Positions 40,976-54,098 are shown, counted from the stretch's first letter. The stretch is 64,000 nt of DNA from Octopus vulgaris (GCA_951406725.2 OX597839.1:39308001-39372000); one strand, 5' to 3'. Translations and numbers: made by a program. Notes: generated by a model not told the origin, from the sequence alone.

Positions 40976-41351
40976 TTGGGTGAAAAGAAAATACAGGAGG
41001 ATCAGTTAATTATGATTATATTCAACATATTCCCCTCTCAGATTCACACACTTATTGCAGTGGTCCTCCACATTTTTTAAGCCCAGTAATAAACTGGCCT
41101 TTAGTGATACCCTTATACATATCATTTAACGTCCACTTTTCCAGGTTTGCCTACGTCAGATGGAATTTGTTGAGATAAATCTTCTACAGCAGGACGCCCT
41201 TCCTGTCACCAACCCACACCTGTTTTCTCAGCAAGGTAATACTTTCCCATGGTCAGTAATATTTTGCCACAAAAGACTGGAAGTAAGCAATCTCGCTTGT
41301 ATGATGGCAATGCTCATTGACAACCATCATGTGATGAGATCATGTCTAGAT

Positions 41352-41545
41352 CAGTGCTTTGCACCTTTTCTTTCACTTGCAACACACCTAACACCTATAT
41401 TCTTTTCAAAATTCAGTGATACACCTGAACTAAAAATATAACTAAGAGTATGGGGAAAAAAATTATATTCAGATTACACTGTGGCACACCTAGCCCCGTC
41501 TTGTGGAAGATCAGTGTTCAGTGGCATACTGGTTGCCAAGTACCT
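41352..41545. mobile_element. hAT (Charlie-like) MITE, older
   Basis: 8-bp TSD GTCTAGAT/GTCTAGAC with degenerate CAGTG-type TIRs. Confidence 0.6.
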
Positions 41546-41569
41546 GTCTAGACAAGTATACACAATCAT

Positions 41570-41910
41570 ATCATCCTCATCATCCTTTAACGCCTGTTGT
41601 CCATGCTGGCATGGGTTGGATAGTTTGACAGGGCTGGCATGCTGCACCAGACTCCATTCTCATTTGGCATGGTTTTCTATGGCTGGATGCCCTTCCTAAT
41701 GCCAACCACTCCCAGAGTGTAATGGGTGGTTTTATGTGCCACCGGCATGGGTGCCATTTGCGTGACACCAGTGTCTGCCACAGCTGTGATTTTGCTCGGC
41801 TTGATGGGTCTTCTTCTCAAGCACGACATAGCACCAAAGGTCTTGGTCATTGCCTCCATGAGGCCCAACACTCAAAAGGAACTCAGCCACTTTGCCTCCG
41901 TGAGGCCCAA
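41570..41910 (-). mobile_element. RTE-clade LINE 3' end
   Basis: Minus strand gives VLGLMEAMTK and DLWCYVVLEKKT fragments, then the shared UTR and (GAT)n tail. UTR-only copies at ~11996-12164, 14050-14280, 26666-26870, 36288-36620 and 61100-61510. Confidence 0.7.
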
Positions 41911-43093
41911 CACACATACATGTATGTTTATGTATGTATGTATACACATGCAACTGGCTTATTTCAGTTTCTCTCCACTAAATCCACTCCCAAGGTTTTG
42001 TTTGACTCAGGGCTATAGCAGAAGACATCCTGCCCAAGGTGCCATGCAGTGGGACTGAACCTGAAACCTCAGGGTTGGGAAGCAAGCTTCTCTAGGCCTC
42101 TACCAATGTGTGTGCATGTATGTATGCATATGATGTGTGTATGTGTCTATATCTGTATATAGCTGCACAGTTCAAGAGTTTGCTTACCAACCAAGTACCT
42201 GGCAAGCAAACGTTTGCAAAAATGTCTTCCACTGTAGTCTTGGGTCTGGCAAAGCTTTGCAAGTGGATCTGGAAAACAGACCTAAAAAGGAGCTCATCAC
42301 AGACATCATATACACACGTATGTGCCTGTGTCTGTGTGTGTGTGTGTGTATATATAAGCATGTATATGTCAATGATGTGTGTTCGTGTGTTTGTGTGCAT
42401 TTGAGCTTGTTATGATGTAGAAGGCGTGTTGTTGTTGCTGTTGGCATTTCTCCTGCCAAATAAATTGTCTGCTTGCTGTGTGCCATGAAAGCTAAAGAGA
42501 AATAGGAAATCCCTTACTTGAAAAACAACAGGTAGGGGTTAGCATCAGGAAGGGCATCCAGCTGTAAAACAATGTCTCCACTTCGATATTTGTTTAACCG
42601 AGGCTAGCCCGGTAAAATGGTGGAAGAACAAACAAACAAATATCCACACACACATCTATATACATAGATGTGTGTGTGTATATATATATATATATATCAC
42701 TGTGACCAACCAGGTTATCAGATGTTGCTACACATCGCTAGTCACAATGCGCTTTGCATAGTTTTAGCCTTCAAATGATGCCACCCCGCTGGCTATATAT
42801 ATATATATATATAAACATACATATACACACATTCATATAATTAATACTAGTATGAAAAAGTGGTTACAAAATAAATGAATGGTCATATTCACCCACCCTA
42901 AGCACATATATACATACCACTACATATGCGATATATACATATATATACATATATAGACCTCTCCATATATTGTTCACACACACACACACATATATATATA
43001 GCTCTCTATATATTATACACATATGCACACCCACTCATATCTATACATATATAATTCTATATATACTATACATATATACATACACACCTCTCA

Positions 43094-43143
<50 letters not shown>

Positions 43144-43177
43144 GTTTTGTACATCTCTCTATGATATATACATTATA

Positions 43178-43221
<44 letters not shown>

Positions 43222-43303
43222 CATACTGACACACCCACAAACAAACATCTTAACTATTTTCCAAAAGCGATAACAACAGTCTCTCATTATACCTTTTATA
43301 ATA

Positions 43304-43334
<31 letters not shown>

Positions 43335-44447
43335 TCCAAGACAAGAGATGAAACAATGTTTCTGCTTTCTGATTGGATAATAAAATTCTTAACTTTACTC
43401 TTTTTTCATTCTTTCTTTCTTTTTTATTTTTCACATTCTTAATACCTCAATTTAAAAAAAAAAACCCTCAACAAAAAAACAAAAAAGAAAAAAGAAAAAG
43501 AAAAAAAACTTCTGCTTCCTTCTTTTCAATACAAAACTTGGTTTATTATTTTGCTTGCCTCTTTGTTAGCCGTTGTTGTTGTTGTTGTTGTACATTGCAG
43601 AAATCAAGTTTCTTTCTTTTTAAATTTTATTTCGAAATTCCTTGTTCATATATTGTTTTTTTTTAAAAAAAAAAAATACATATTCATTCGTTTATTTATT
43701 AGCTAAAGAATTTCAGAATCATCTTCACATATTTTCTTTCGTTAGTATTATTACTATTATTATTATTATTATTATTATTGGTTTTGAATATTTTTATGTT
43801 TTTAGTTAATAGAAAGTTGGTTTTTTTATGAATATTATTGACTTAAATATTTCAGAGGAAAAACTCCCTCCAAAGAACAAACAAAACACTGCACCCACTC
43901 CCTCTTTCCAAAAAAACAAAAAATTATTGAATTAAAACCCCAAACCAGAGAACAAAAAGCAAGTTTATTATTATAACGACAATAATAATAATAATTATAA
44001 TTATTAACATTAACATTAATATTATTCGAAAATTTTTGAATGGTGAGTGTTTGTTTCCACAAAAAAATTTGGAATAACGATTTTCTTTTTATGAACATAA
44101 GCACAAGGCCACCACCACAAATTGTTTTGGAGAAGGAGAAAGGAGATAAAGCAAGAGTTATGGAGATTGCGGGGCACGTGGGGTGTAGAGTCGATTATAT
44201 TGACTGCCAATTCCACCAACAGATGGGTTGGAATGCCATGGTTTTGTATCGACTCCCCCCTCCTGTACTAATATTTCAATGAGTCTGAAGTTTGGCCAAG
44301 TGGTTAAGAAGTTTGCTTCTCAACCATGTGGTTTCAGGTTCAGTTCCACTGGACAGCACTCTGGACCAGTGTCTTCTACAAGAGACCTAGGCCAACCGAT
44401 GCCTTGAGAGTGAATTTGGTTGACAGGAAACTGTTTGGAAGCTTCTA

Positions 44448-44895
44448 TGAGGAGATGTTGAAGCATTCCTGGCTTTGGGTCAAAAAGAAAAATACAGGAG
44501 GACCAGTTTATTATAATTTTATCGAACATATTCCCTCTCAGATTCACACACTGATTACCGTGGTCCTTGAGTTTCTCTAAGCCAGTGGTTTTCAACCAGG
44601 GTTTCGCGGAACCTTAGGATTCCGCCAGTAGAGTCCAGGGGTTCCGCAAGAAGTAACAAAACCTTAAAACCAAGAACTTTTTAGCACCTCTTCATGTGTA
44701 TATGTGTGTGTATAAGACTATTAAATTATTGCACAGGGGTTCCTCGAGCCAGTGGAATGTTTCCTTGGGGTTCCGCTCCAGCAAAAAGTTTGAAAAGCAC
44801 TGCTCTAAGCCCTGTAAAAGAACTCCGAAGGTTGGGCCTCCAACGAAGCCTTTTGTGATACCCTTAAAACCAAGAAGGTTTTAGCATCTCCTAAT
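44448..44895 (-). mobile_element. Mariner-derived non-autonomous element, interrupted by a hAT MITE
   Basis: Imperfect TIRs gaggagatgttgaagcattcctggcttt / aaaaccaagaaggttttagcatctcct. Minus strand keeps GLEKLKDHGNQCVNLRG (mariner C-terminus). A second copy lies at ~40561-41115. Confidence 0.7.
44583..44802. mobile_element. hAT (Charlie-like) MITE
   Basis: TIRs CAGTGGTTTTCAACC / GTTTGAAAAGCACTG (13 of 15 match) and a perfect 8-bp TSD CTCTAAGC at 44575-44582 and 44803-44810. Confidence 0.85.
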
Positions 44896-45509
44896 GTGTA
44901 TACATACATATATACTAGATATAAGTTTCATAAACTACAAAATATAATATCCACACTACCACACTTGAAATGTACCTATCATAGCTCCTTATCTCAATTT
45001 GAATGTACGTGAAGGTATTTAGAATGCTCAAATTTATTTCTGCAAATGTGCTAAGCACTGATGCTGATCATAGTTTAATCAATAGGCATAGGAGCGACGT
45101 AAATGCAGTAAAAATTGGGGAGGATCAGTAAGGTTCCATTTAAGCAGCCCTTCAGAAATTCAACCTCCTTACGATACTCCCTGGGAGTTCATGGTATGAC
45201 ATTCATCATCATTGGTCACCAATGCCATGTATTTAGTTTAAAATGCAGTGAAAATAATAGGGTCAGTGGGACCCCAATTAGGCAATCCTTAAAATAATGT
45301 CCCTTAGGACATTCTCCAGGATTAGCGGAGTCGCTGATTTGAGTTTCGTTGTCCTTGCACCATTGGTCTAGGAGGAGTTAATGAACATAGAAACGTAACG
45401 GACTGTGATTCCGGGTATTATGCAGTGGGACTGAACCCGGAATCATCTGGTTGGCAAGTAAGCTTCTTACCACACAGGTATGCCTGCACCTATGATAGTT
45501 ATATATATA

Positions 45510-45917
45510 TTCTCTTTTTACTTGTTTCAGTCATTTTGACTGCGGCCGTGCTGGAGCACCACCTTTAATCGAGCAACTCGACCCCGGGACTTATTCTTTG
45601 TAAGCCCAGCACTTATTCTATCGGTCTCTTTTGCCGAACCGCTAAGTGACGGGGACATAAACACACCATCATCGGTTATCAAGCAATGCTAGGGGGGGCA
45701 AACACAGACACAAACATACACGCACATACATATATATATACATATATATATATGACGGGCTTCTTTCAGTTTCTGTCTACCAAATCCACTCACAAGGCAT
45801 TGGTCGGCCCGGGGCTATAGCAGAAGACATTTGCCCAAGATACCACGCAGTGGGACTGAACCCGGAACCATGTGGTTGGTAAACAAGCTACTTACCACAC
45901 AGCCACTCCTGCGCCTA
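45510..45917 (-). mobile_element. SINE family A
   Basis: Full-length match. Extra head fragments at ~45420-45490 and ~45960-46030. Confidence 0.85.
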
Positions 45918-46761
45918 CATATATATACATATATATATATATATTATAATCATCATCATCAGTGGGATTGAACCCAGAACCATGTGGTTGGGAGGCAACC
46001 TTCTTACCACACAGACACGCCTATGCCTATTGTAGAAGTACGACCAATTTATTGAACATAAACTTTATAACAAAATCTTATATGGACCCCCGAAGGGCCA
46101 GATGGACCTTGGTTGAAAACCACTGTTCTAAAGTACTGTCAATGGATTTGAACCTAGAACCTGCATTGTTGGTAAGTCAAACTCTTTACCACACAGCCAC
46201 CTCTGAGCATCTCTATTATAAACATGTTATTTTAGTTATGCTTTTTTCTTCTTCTTATTTTTGTTTTGTCTTTGTTGTTTTTCTTTTCTGTCCCCAACAT
46301 AACAAATATAAAATATAAACAAAAACATCAAAAAAATTAATTGTTTGGGGTGGGTTGTTGGAGGTGGGCAGAGGGTGGGGATTCGAATTTTTTTTTTTTC
46401 AATTTTCTCAGTTTATATATTAATTTATTTTAATCAACTATTAATTAAAAATCATTTCCTTGGTTATATGCGAGAATATGTGTCGGCATGTGTCCATGTG
46501 TGCGTATATAAAAATATATAAAATTTACGTGTATGTGTATACATACACACACATATATGCATATATACATACTTCAATATTTCGGTGTATATGTCTATGC
46601 GTACATGTGGGCATATATATATATGTGTATACATAAGCGGATGAGTGTATGCTCCTGTATGTATATTATGTTTATGCTTGTGTGTCTATATATACATGTA
46701 CGTGTGTGTATATGCATATGTAGGTGTGCATGTGTTTGCCTCTTGTGTGTACACATGTATG

Positions 46762-46795
<34 letters not shown>

Positions 46796-46841
46796 TGCAT
46801 GTTTGCTTGCATGTATCTCCCTCTCTGCTATTATACACATA

Positions 46842-46931
<90 letters not shown>

Positions 46932-47684
46932 AAGAGAGATATATTGAGCTAGAGAGACAGATGAGTGTATGAGTATGTATGTTTGTGTGCGTGAGTGTAT
47001 ATTATATGCATGGTGTCAGAGACTATATATGCGCATGTATATATGTATGCATGTATGTATGTTTCCTCCCAAAACAACGAATTAACGCAATCAAGGGAAA
47101 TACTCTCCACACCACTTAATTAACATGTAAAGAGAAAATATCTTCTAAAGACCAGCATGAAAAGATATTGTTGTTGATGTCGTTGATGATGATGATGATG
47201 ATGGTATTGCTGTTGTTGCTGATACCGGGGGGTGGTTGTTTTGGGTAGTAATGTGCAGGATGGAGAATCGGTACAGGGGTGGAAGCAACCGTTTTCAAAG
47301 AGACAGTTTATTTGATCAACAAAATTACAAAACAGTCTTTTTTTTTATATGTTTAATTCTTTGTTAATTTATTCTTCTTTGCTTTTTTTTGGTTTTATTT
47401 ATTGTTCTTGGTTAAAAAAAAAATAAAATTTTAAAACACAATGGAAGGTCCTGTGAGGAAAAAACAGCTTAGAGCAGTTAAAGTGGAGGGCAAAATGCTT
47501 TGTTTAATTTGTTACAGCTCTTTTACATTCTGAGTTCAAATCCACCAAGACAAGCTTTTGCCTTTCAACCTTCCTGGGTCGATAAAATAAAGTACCAGTC
47601 AAGTACTGAGTTCGTTATAATTATGTACTTAACATGCACTTCCACAAAATTTTAGACCATGTGCTTAAATAATATCAAGAATTA

Positions 47685-48268
47685 GGTGGAAAGCTGGCAG
47701 AATCGTTAGCACACTGGGTGAAATGCTTAGTGGTATTTTGTCTGTCTTTACGTTCTGAGTTCAAATTCCGCCGAGGTTGACTTTGCCTTTCATCCTTTCG
47801 GGGTCGATAAATTAAGTACCAGTTACGCACTGGGGTCAATGTAATCGACTTAATTCGTTTGTCTGTCCTTGTTTGTTCCCTCTGTGTTTAGCCCCTTGTG
47901 GGCAGTAAAGAAATAGGTATTTCGTCTGTCTTTACATTGTGAGTTCAAATTCTGCCGAGGTTGACTTTGCCTTTCATCCTTTCGGGGTCGATAAATTAAG
48001 TACCAGTTACACACTGGGGTCGATGTAATTGACCTAATCTGTTTGTCCCATCTGTGTTTAGCCCCTAGGTATTTCGTCTGTCTTTACATTTTGAGTTCAA
48101 ATTCTGCCAAGGTCAACTTTGCCTTTCATCCTTTCTGGGTCAATAAATTAAGTACCGGTTATGCACTGGGGTCGATGTAATCGACTTAATCTGTTTGTCT
48201 GTCCTTGTTTGTCCCCTCTATGTTTAGCCTCTTGTGAGCAGTAAAGAAATAAGAAATGTTAGCACACT
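47685..48268 (+). mobile_element. SINE family B tandem array (three bodies)
   Basis: Same architecture and same restart point (GGTATTTCGTCTG) as 11365-11980. Confidence 0.85.
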
Positions 48269-48802
48269 ATTATTATTATTATTATTATTATTATTACAGG
48301 CAAGTGACTGGCAGTAAAGTTAAAATGTCTAACAAGATGTCTTGCAGTTTATAAGCTCTATAGATCTTTATGCACTGAGTTCAAGCTTAGCCAAATTCAG
48401 AAATACTTTTCCTTCTTCAGGGGGTCAGTGAAAATAGAATCTGTGTTTTAATCATAGGAGACTTCCATTCTGAATTGCTTCTTTTTCTTTTCCATTTTTT
48501 GTTTTTCACAAAACAGAGAATCAAACCAATAAATTAATAAATAAAAGTAAAGAATTTTATTGTCACAATTTCTTATTTAGATAAAAAAATGTATCTTTGA
48601 AAATGGTTGCCTCCATCCATGTCGTGAAAAGTCACAATAAGGTTTTCTGTTATGTTTCAGTCACGGTGATGCTGATGGTGAGGATGATGATGGTGTTGTT
48701 GTTGTTGTTGTTAAGCAACGAGATGGGTAAGGGTGATTAGGTGATGGTCTAGGGCTTAGGGGTGGGAGACCCCAGACCTTGGAGAGCAAAAAAAAACTTT
48801 GG

Positions 48803-48907
48803 TCATCTTGTTGTTGTCGAGGGCTCTTCGTTGACGCTCGGCACCACTGGGAGGTGGCCCTCGAAGTCGCTGGAAATGGAGATCTCCAGGTCCAAATTCT
48901 TGAACGT
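48803..48907 (-). CDS. Candidate orphan terminal exon, product unknown (TFKNLDLEISISSDFEGHLPVVPSVNEEPSTTTR*)
   Basis: Unique GC-rich island with a strong G/C bias at codon position 3 in this frame. Preceded by cag, with AATAAA on the minus strand at 48556-48561. No family recognised. Confidence 0.4.
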   Translation of the reverse strand, partial: TFKNLDLEISISSDFEGHLPVVPSVNEEPSTTTR

Positions 48908-49494
48908 CTGATGATGGTGTTGAGAAAGATGGTGGTGATGGTTAATGATAATGATTGTGATTGTGGTAGTAGTGATGAAGGTGGTAATGATGATGATAAT
49001 GGTGGTGGTGGCGATGATGGTGATGGTGAGAGTGATGGTGGTGGTGGTGATAATGATGGTAATGGTGGTGGTAGTGATGATGATGATGATCATGGTGGGG
49101 GTGATGGTGGGAACGATGATGATGATTGGTGCTGATGATGATAACGATGATTGTGATAGTGATGATGGTAATGATGACGCTTGTGATTATGACAATGATG
49201 GTGATGATGACAACAACAACAACGATGATATTGATGATGATGATGATGATGATATGGAAAGAAGAGACAAACTGAACTGATCTGAATATTAATCTGGGGG
49301 TGGGGAGGGGGAATGAATTTGAAATTGATCTAAACAGAAGCAGATATTGAACTGGAAATAAAATAAATTCAGATATTAAATAAAAAAGAGAATCAAGAAA
49401 AAAGATAAAAAGAAGCAATAAAAAACAACAAAATGGCCAAAAAATAAAAAAGAACATTCCCCTCCCCCCCCCATAAAATGCAAATTACGCTGAC

Positions 49495-49597
49495 CTTAGA
49501 CGACATTTATCGCCATATTTGTTACTGTTTGGTTGGTAAGATGTGTCTTCACATTGTACACAGTGTCGTCCCTCGACACATTCTCTCATTTCATGTC
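49495..49597 (-). CDS. Internal coding exon of a TNF receptor superfamily gene (end of one cysteine-rich domain, start of the next)
   Basis: Acceptor ctctttctttctcttctgcag and donor AAG|gtcagc. 103 nt, phase 1 in and phase 2 out, reading (G)HEMRECVEGRHCVQCEDTSYQPNSNKYGDKCRL(R). Too short for the ORF track. The end phase matches the exon at 13149-13309. Confidence 0.85.
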
Positions 49598-49860
49598 CTG
49601 CAGAAGAGAAAGAAAGAGTTAGAGACAATGAGAGAGTGAGCTTTAGGGTGAGAATCAAAATTGAATGAATGTGTGAGTGTGTGTGAGTGTGTTTGCGTGA
49701 GTGTGTGTGTGAGAGTGTGTATGTGTGAGAGTGTGTGTGTATGAGTGTGTGTGTAAGAGTGTGTGTGTATGAGTGTGTGTGTGAGAGTGTGTGTGAGTGT
49801 GTATGTGAGTGTGTGTGTGTGAGAGTGTGTGTGTGAGTGTGTGTGTGTGAGAGTGTGTGT

Positions 49861-49891
<31 letters not shown>

Positions 49892-50309
49892 AGTGTGTGT
49901 GTGAGTGTATGTGTGTGTGAGTGTATGACGTAAGGTTTGTAGAGACTGAATGAGTAGAGAGTGAATGAGTTTTAATGTGAAAGAGAACTGAATGAGAAAT
50001 CGTTTACATTCTCTCGTTTCATGGCCAGAGAGAGAGGGAGAGAGAGAGAGACAGACAGACAGGGAGAGGGTGAGGGAAAGAGGAGGGGATGGATGGCTAG
50101 GGGTGGGTGGTTGAGTGAGTTTTAGTATGAGAATGAAAACTGAATGAAAGACTGCGTATGTGCATGAGCTTGCATGTGTGTGTATGTGTATGTGTTTGCA
50201 TGTGCGTGTGTGTGTGTGTGTGTAATGTGAAAGAGAACTGAATGATAATTTGTTCACGCGTGTTTCTATGTATGAATGAACATGCATCTGTGTGTGCAGG
50301 GCACATGCA

Positions 50310-50341
<32 letters not shown>

Positions 50342-50956
50342 ATGTAAGAGTTACAGGGTGTGAAAGCAGGGAGCAAGTCAATTACTTCCGCCCCCAGTAC
50401 TCGACTGGTACTTTATTTTACCGACCCCGAAAGAATAAAGATAAAGCTGATCTCGGTGAGATTAGAACCAAGAACATAAAGAACTGGAAGAAATACCATA
50501 CAGCATTCAGACAGTCCTCTAATGATTCTGCAATATAACAACATTTATAGGAATAATAATTGTTAATGATAATTAGTATAAAGACAGGCCACTAAATAAT
50601 CACCCATAGCAACCATTTTTCCTAGATCAAAATGACAGTATTGTATTAATTATCGGCCCAGCAATGCTAAGTTACTGGAACATTAATTGATATTAACAAT
50701 AAAGCGTTAATTCAGGTGAATTATTATTATAGGTAAATTAACACTAATGAAGTATATAGGTGGTGGTGGTGGTGATGGAGGTGTAAGCTTTTGAGGTTGT
50801 GATAGCTGAGTTAAAAGAGCCTTCTGTGATATCTATGTATCACTGTATCGATCAGACTATAACATGTTGTGATACACTGCAGGTGAAAAATATGCTTCGT
50901 AGCATTGTGGTAGCTTTTGCATGATGCCTGCCAGCTGGCTGGTGTGGCCAGGCCAC

Positions 50957-51290
50957 AGCATATCTTCAAAATCCACCCATCTAACACCCGTGGACATATT
51001 TACAAAGTAAGAAAACAGCACAGCTCCCATGACTTCAGGAAACATTTTTTCACGCTGAGAGTTGCTGAAGCATGGAACAAACTGCCGACATCGGTTGTTA
51101 GTTGTCGGAGCACTGCATCCTTCAAAACTTCCATGTTTCCTGAGATTAGCCAACACTACACTTGATTTTCTCCCCTCCATACACACACAAGCATCTTCAC
51201 TTTCCAGACATTTCTACACTGCTGCATGTACTTTATATGCACTTTCTGACAAGTTGTGGTGCACCTGAGCACTGTATACAATAATTTCAT
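50957..51290 (+). mobile_element. CR1-like LINE 3' end
   Basis: NTRGHIYKVRKQHSSHDFRKHFFTLRVAEAWNKLP...SFK matches the TRGH...FF..RV...WN.LP signature of CR1 ORF2 C-termini. Confidence 0.85.
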
Positions 51291-51354
51291 TATATATATA
51301 TATGTACTCACATACATACACACACACATACATATATACATACATACATGTCAA

Positions 51355-51910
51355 GGTGCATGGCTCAGTGGTTACAGCATTGGGCTCACAATCAAGAGGT
51401 AGCGAGTTTGATTTCTGGACTGGGCTGTATGTTGTGTTCTTGAGCAAGACACTCTATTTCACACTGCTCCAGTTCACTCAGCTGTAGAAGTGAGTTGCGA
51501 CGTCACCGGTGCCAAGCTGTACTGGCCCCTTTTGCCTTTCTCTTGAATAACATCGGTGGCATGGAGAGGGGAGCCTGATATGCATGGGTGGCGGCAAGCT
51601 GGCAGAAACATTAGCACGCTGGGCGAAATGCGTAGCCGTATTTCGTCTGTCGCTACGTTGTGAGTTCAAATTCCGTCGAGGTCAACTTTGCCTTTCATCC
51701 TTTCGGGGTCGATAAATTAAGTACCAGTTACGCACTGGGGTCGATGTAATCGACTTAATACCTACGTCTGTCCTTGTTTGTCCCCTCTGTGTTTAGCCCC
51801 TTGTAGGTAATAAAGAAATAGGTATGCATGGGTGACTGCTGGTCTTCCATAAACAACCTTGCCTGGACTTGTGCCTGGGAGGGGAACTTTCTCGGTGCAA
51901 TCTCTCATGG
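51355..51910 (+). mobile_element. tRNA-derived SINE family D (host of the nested family B copy; possibly Ceph-domain type)
   Basis: tRNA-like head TGGCTCAGTGGTTA...GTTTGATTTC and a body that resumes after the TSD. A related fragment lies at ~29393-29440. The domain name is from memory only. Confidence 0.65.
51591..51822 (+). mobile_element. SINE family B nested in a family D SINE
   Basis: 12-bp TSD TATGCATGGGTG at 51579-51590 and 51823-51834. Other single copies: ~6945-7157(-), 21300-21526(-), 25106-25305(+), 32558-32735(-), 34565-34765(-), 37760-37990(+), 62035-62253(+). Confidence 0.85.
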
Positions 51911-53024
51911 AAAAGTTTGCTCTTGCAGTTTAGGCTAGATTCCTGGTGAAGAGATTTCTTTTAATCTAAATCTTTTCTTGGACGGGCATTGCACTCACAT
52001 TCAGCTACTGCAAAAGTGAAGCCCACGATGGCAGCAGCAGCAGCACCAACTTTGGTAAGGAGACAACAGTCTAGTGGCAGCTTATTTCAGTCTTCACGAT
52101 GACTAAAGCCGCAGTCTTTCGGAGTTCAACATTCTGCAAGATTAGCCTGGATTATTGGCATTGTCGATGGTGGGTGGGGGTGGGGGAACGGATACAGAGG
52201 ACGTTTTTCACATCAAAGACTTTATTAGATGAATAGTAATAATGAAAGCATTGGTGTGGTGCAAATGTTGTTGTTGTTGTTGTTGCTGTTGTAAGTGGTG
52301 GTGCTGGAGGCAGTATTGTAAGTGTTGTTCATATTCTTGTTAATGGTGGTGGTGGCCATGTCATCGATTATGCACCCCCCCTCCTTCTCTCTGATCAACT
52401 CTGATTTATGCTAGCTTATGATGATCAAAAGGCGCTTCCTACCAAGACCCATCTTGCCTCTCGAAGGATATCTAAGGCATTATCTAATGTAAACCTTCCT
52501 TTTTGAAGATGGCATACTGTAATTGCAAAGAATTTGGCTGTTATTTCTAGCAGGTCGTATGAACACATACAACCACCGTTGTTCATTGTTGGCTCAGAAA
52601 ATGGTACTGGTGATCCTGCCGAGGGCAGTAGGGATGCTGATGATGATGGCAGGGGTAATGGTGGTGGACAAGGTGGTAGCTGTCATGATGATCGTGCTTA
52701 CGAAGATAGCTGTAGAGTGCATAGGTTTAGTTGTGTGTGTGTATATATATATATATACATACACAAGGTGGAGGGTTTAGGGTATATATGTATATTTGGT
52801 TAAGGAATACATATATACATGAATGTTTATGGAAAGTGCATGTGTGTGTGTAAATATATGCATATATTTTTATATGTATGTGTATATATGTGTGTGTGTG
52901 CATATATATATATATATGTATGTATGTATGTATGTGTGTATGTGTGTGTGTGTGTATGTGTGTGTGTGTGTGTGTGTATGTATATACATATATATGTGTG
53001 TGTGTGTATATATATATGTATATG

Positions 53025-53105
<81 letters not shown>

Positions 53106-53212
53106 GTATATATATATATGTAAAAATATATATGTATATATATATATATTATATATGTATATATGTATATATATATGTATATATATATTATATATATATA
53201 TATATGTATATA

Positions 53213-53258
<46 letters not shown>

Positions 53259-53561
53259 CACACACACACACACACATATATACATACATACACACAAGGG
53301 AGGCATCCACTAATGTAATGGTATATCAAGGAGAGCTGAGAGGAAAAGAAAAGAGGAGCGGATGGAAGCCTGAGACGGAGAGGCTGAGAGGGAACGATAA
53401 GTGGGGACGGAGTGGAGGAGGTGCGTGTAGAGGAAAATGTTAGATGTGAGATGAAAGAGACGAAGATTAGAGGAAACAAATAATGGAAGATTAACTAGAA
53501 TCGTTGATTTATACATATTTAACTATGCGTGTACATACATATACATTTGTGTGGATGTATG

Positions 53562-53597
<36 letters not shown>

Positions 53598-53798
53598 TAT
53601 ATGTATACATATATATACATATATATATATGTATATACAGACACATATATACATATATATATATACATGATGATGATGATATGTATATACACACACATAT
53701 GATACATGTATATACATATATATATGTATATATATGTATATACATACATATATATATATACATATATATATGTATATACATACATATATGTATATATA

Positions 53799-53881
<83 letters not shown>

Positions 53882-54098
53882 GTGTATATATATATATATA
53901 TATATGTGTGTATGTGTGTGTATATATATTTATTCACATTTACATACATATATATAGTGTGCATGTATGTTGATATATGTGTATAATATATATATACTTA
54001 TATATGTGTATATATATATGCATAAATTAAATATATATATATGTCTATATATATATCTATCTACATTGATATATATATATATGTGTATACATAAATAC

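Noticed and set aside
45100-45367. Minus-strand QWCKDNE...ECPKGHYFKDCLIG resembling a TNFR domain after a tag acceptor
   Set aside because: The DNA is two diverged ~140-bp units (starting 45101 and 45241). The Cys pattern does not continue, there is no good donor, and the phase does not fit the TNFR intron.
51999-52075. Signal-peptide-like LLTKVGAAAAAIVGFTFAVAE with a gtgagt donor, as a possible first TNFR exon
   Set aside because: No in-frame Met, and splicing to the 49597 exon would create TGA. I saw no SECIS evidence to support selenocysteine.
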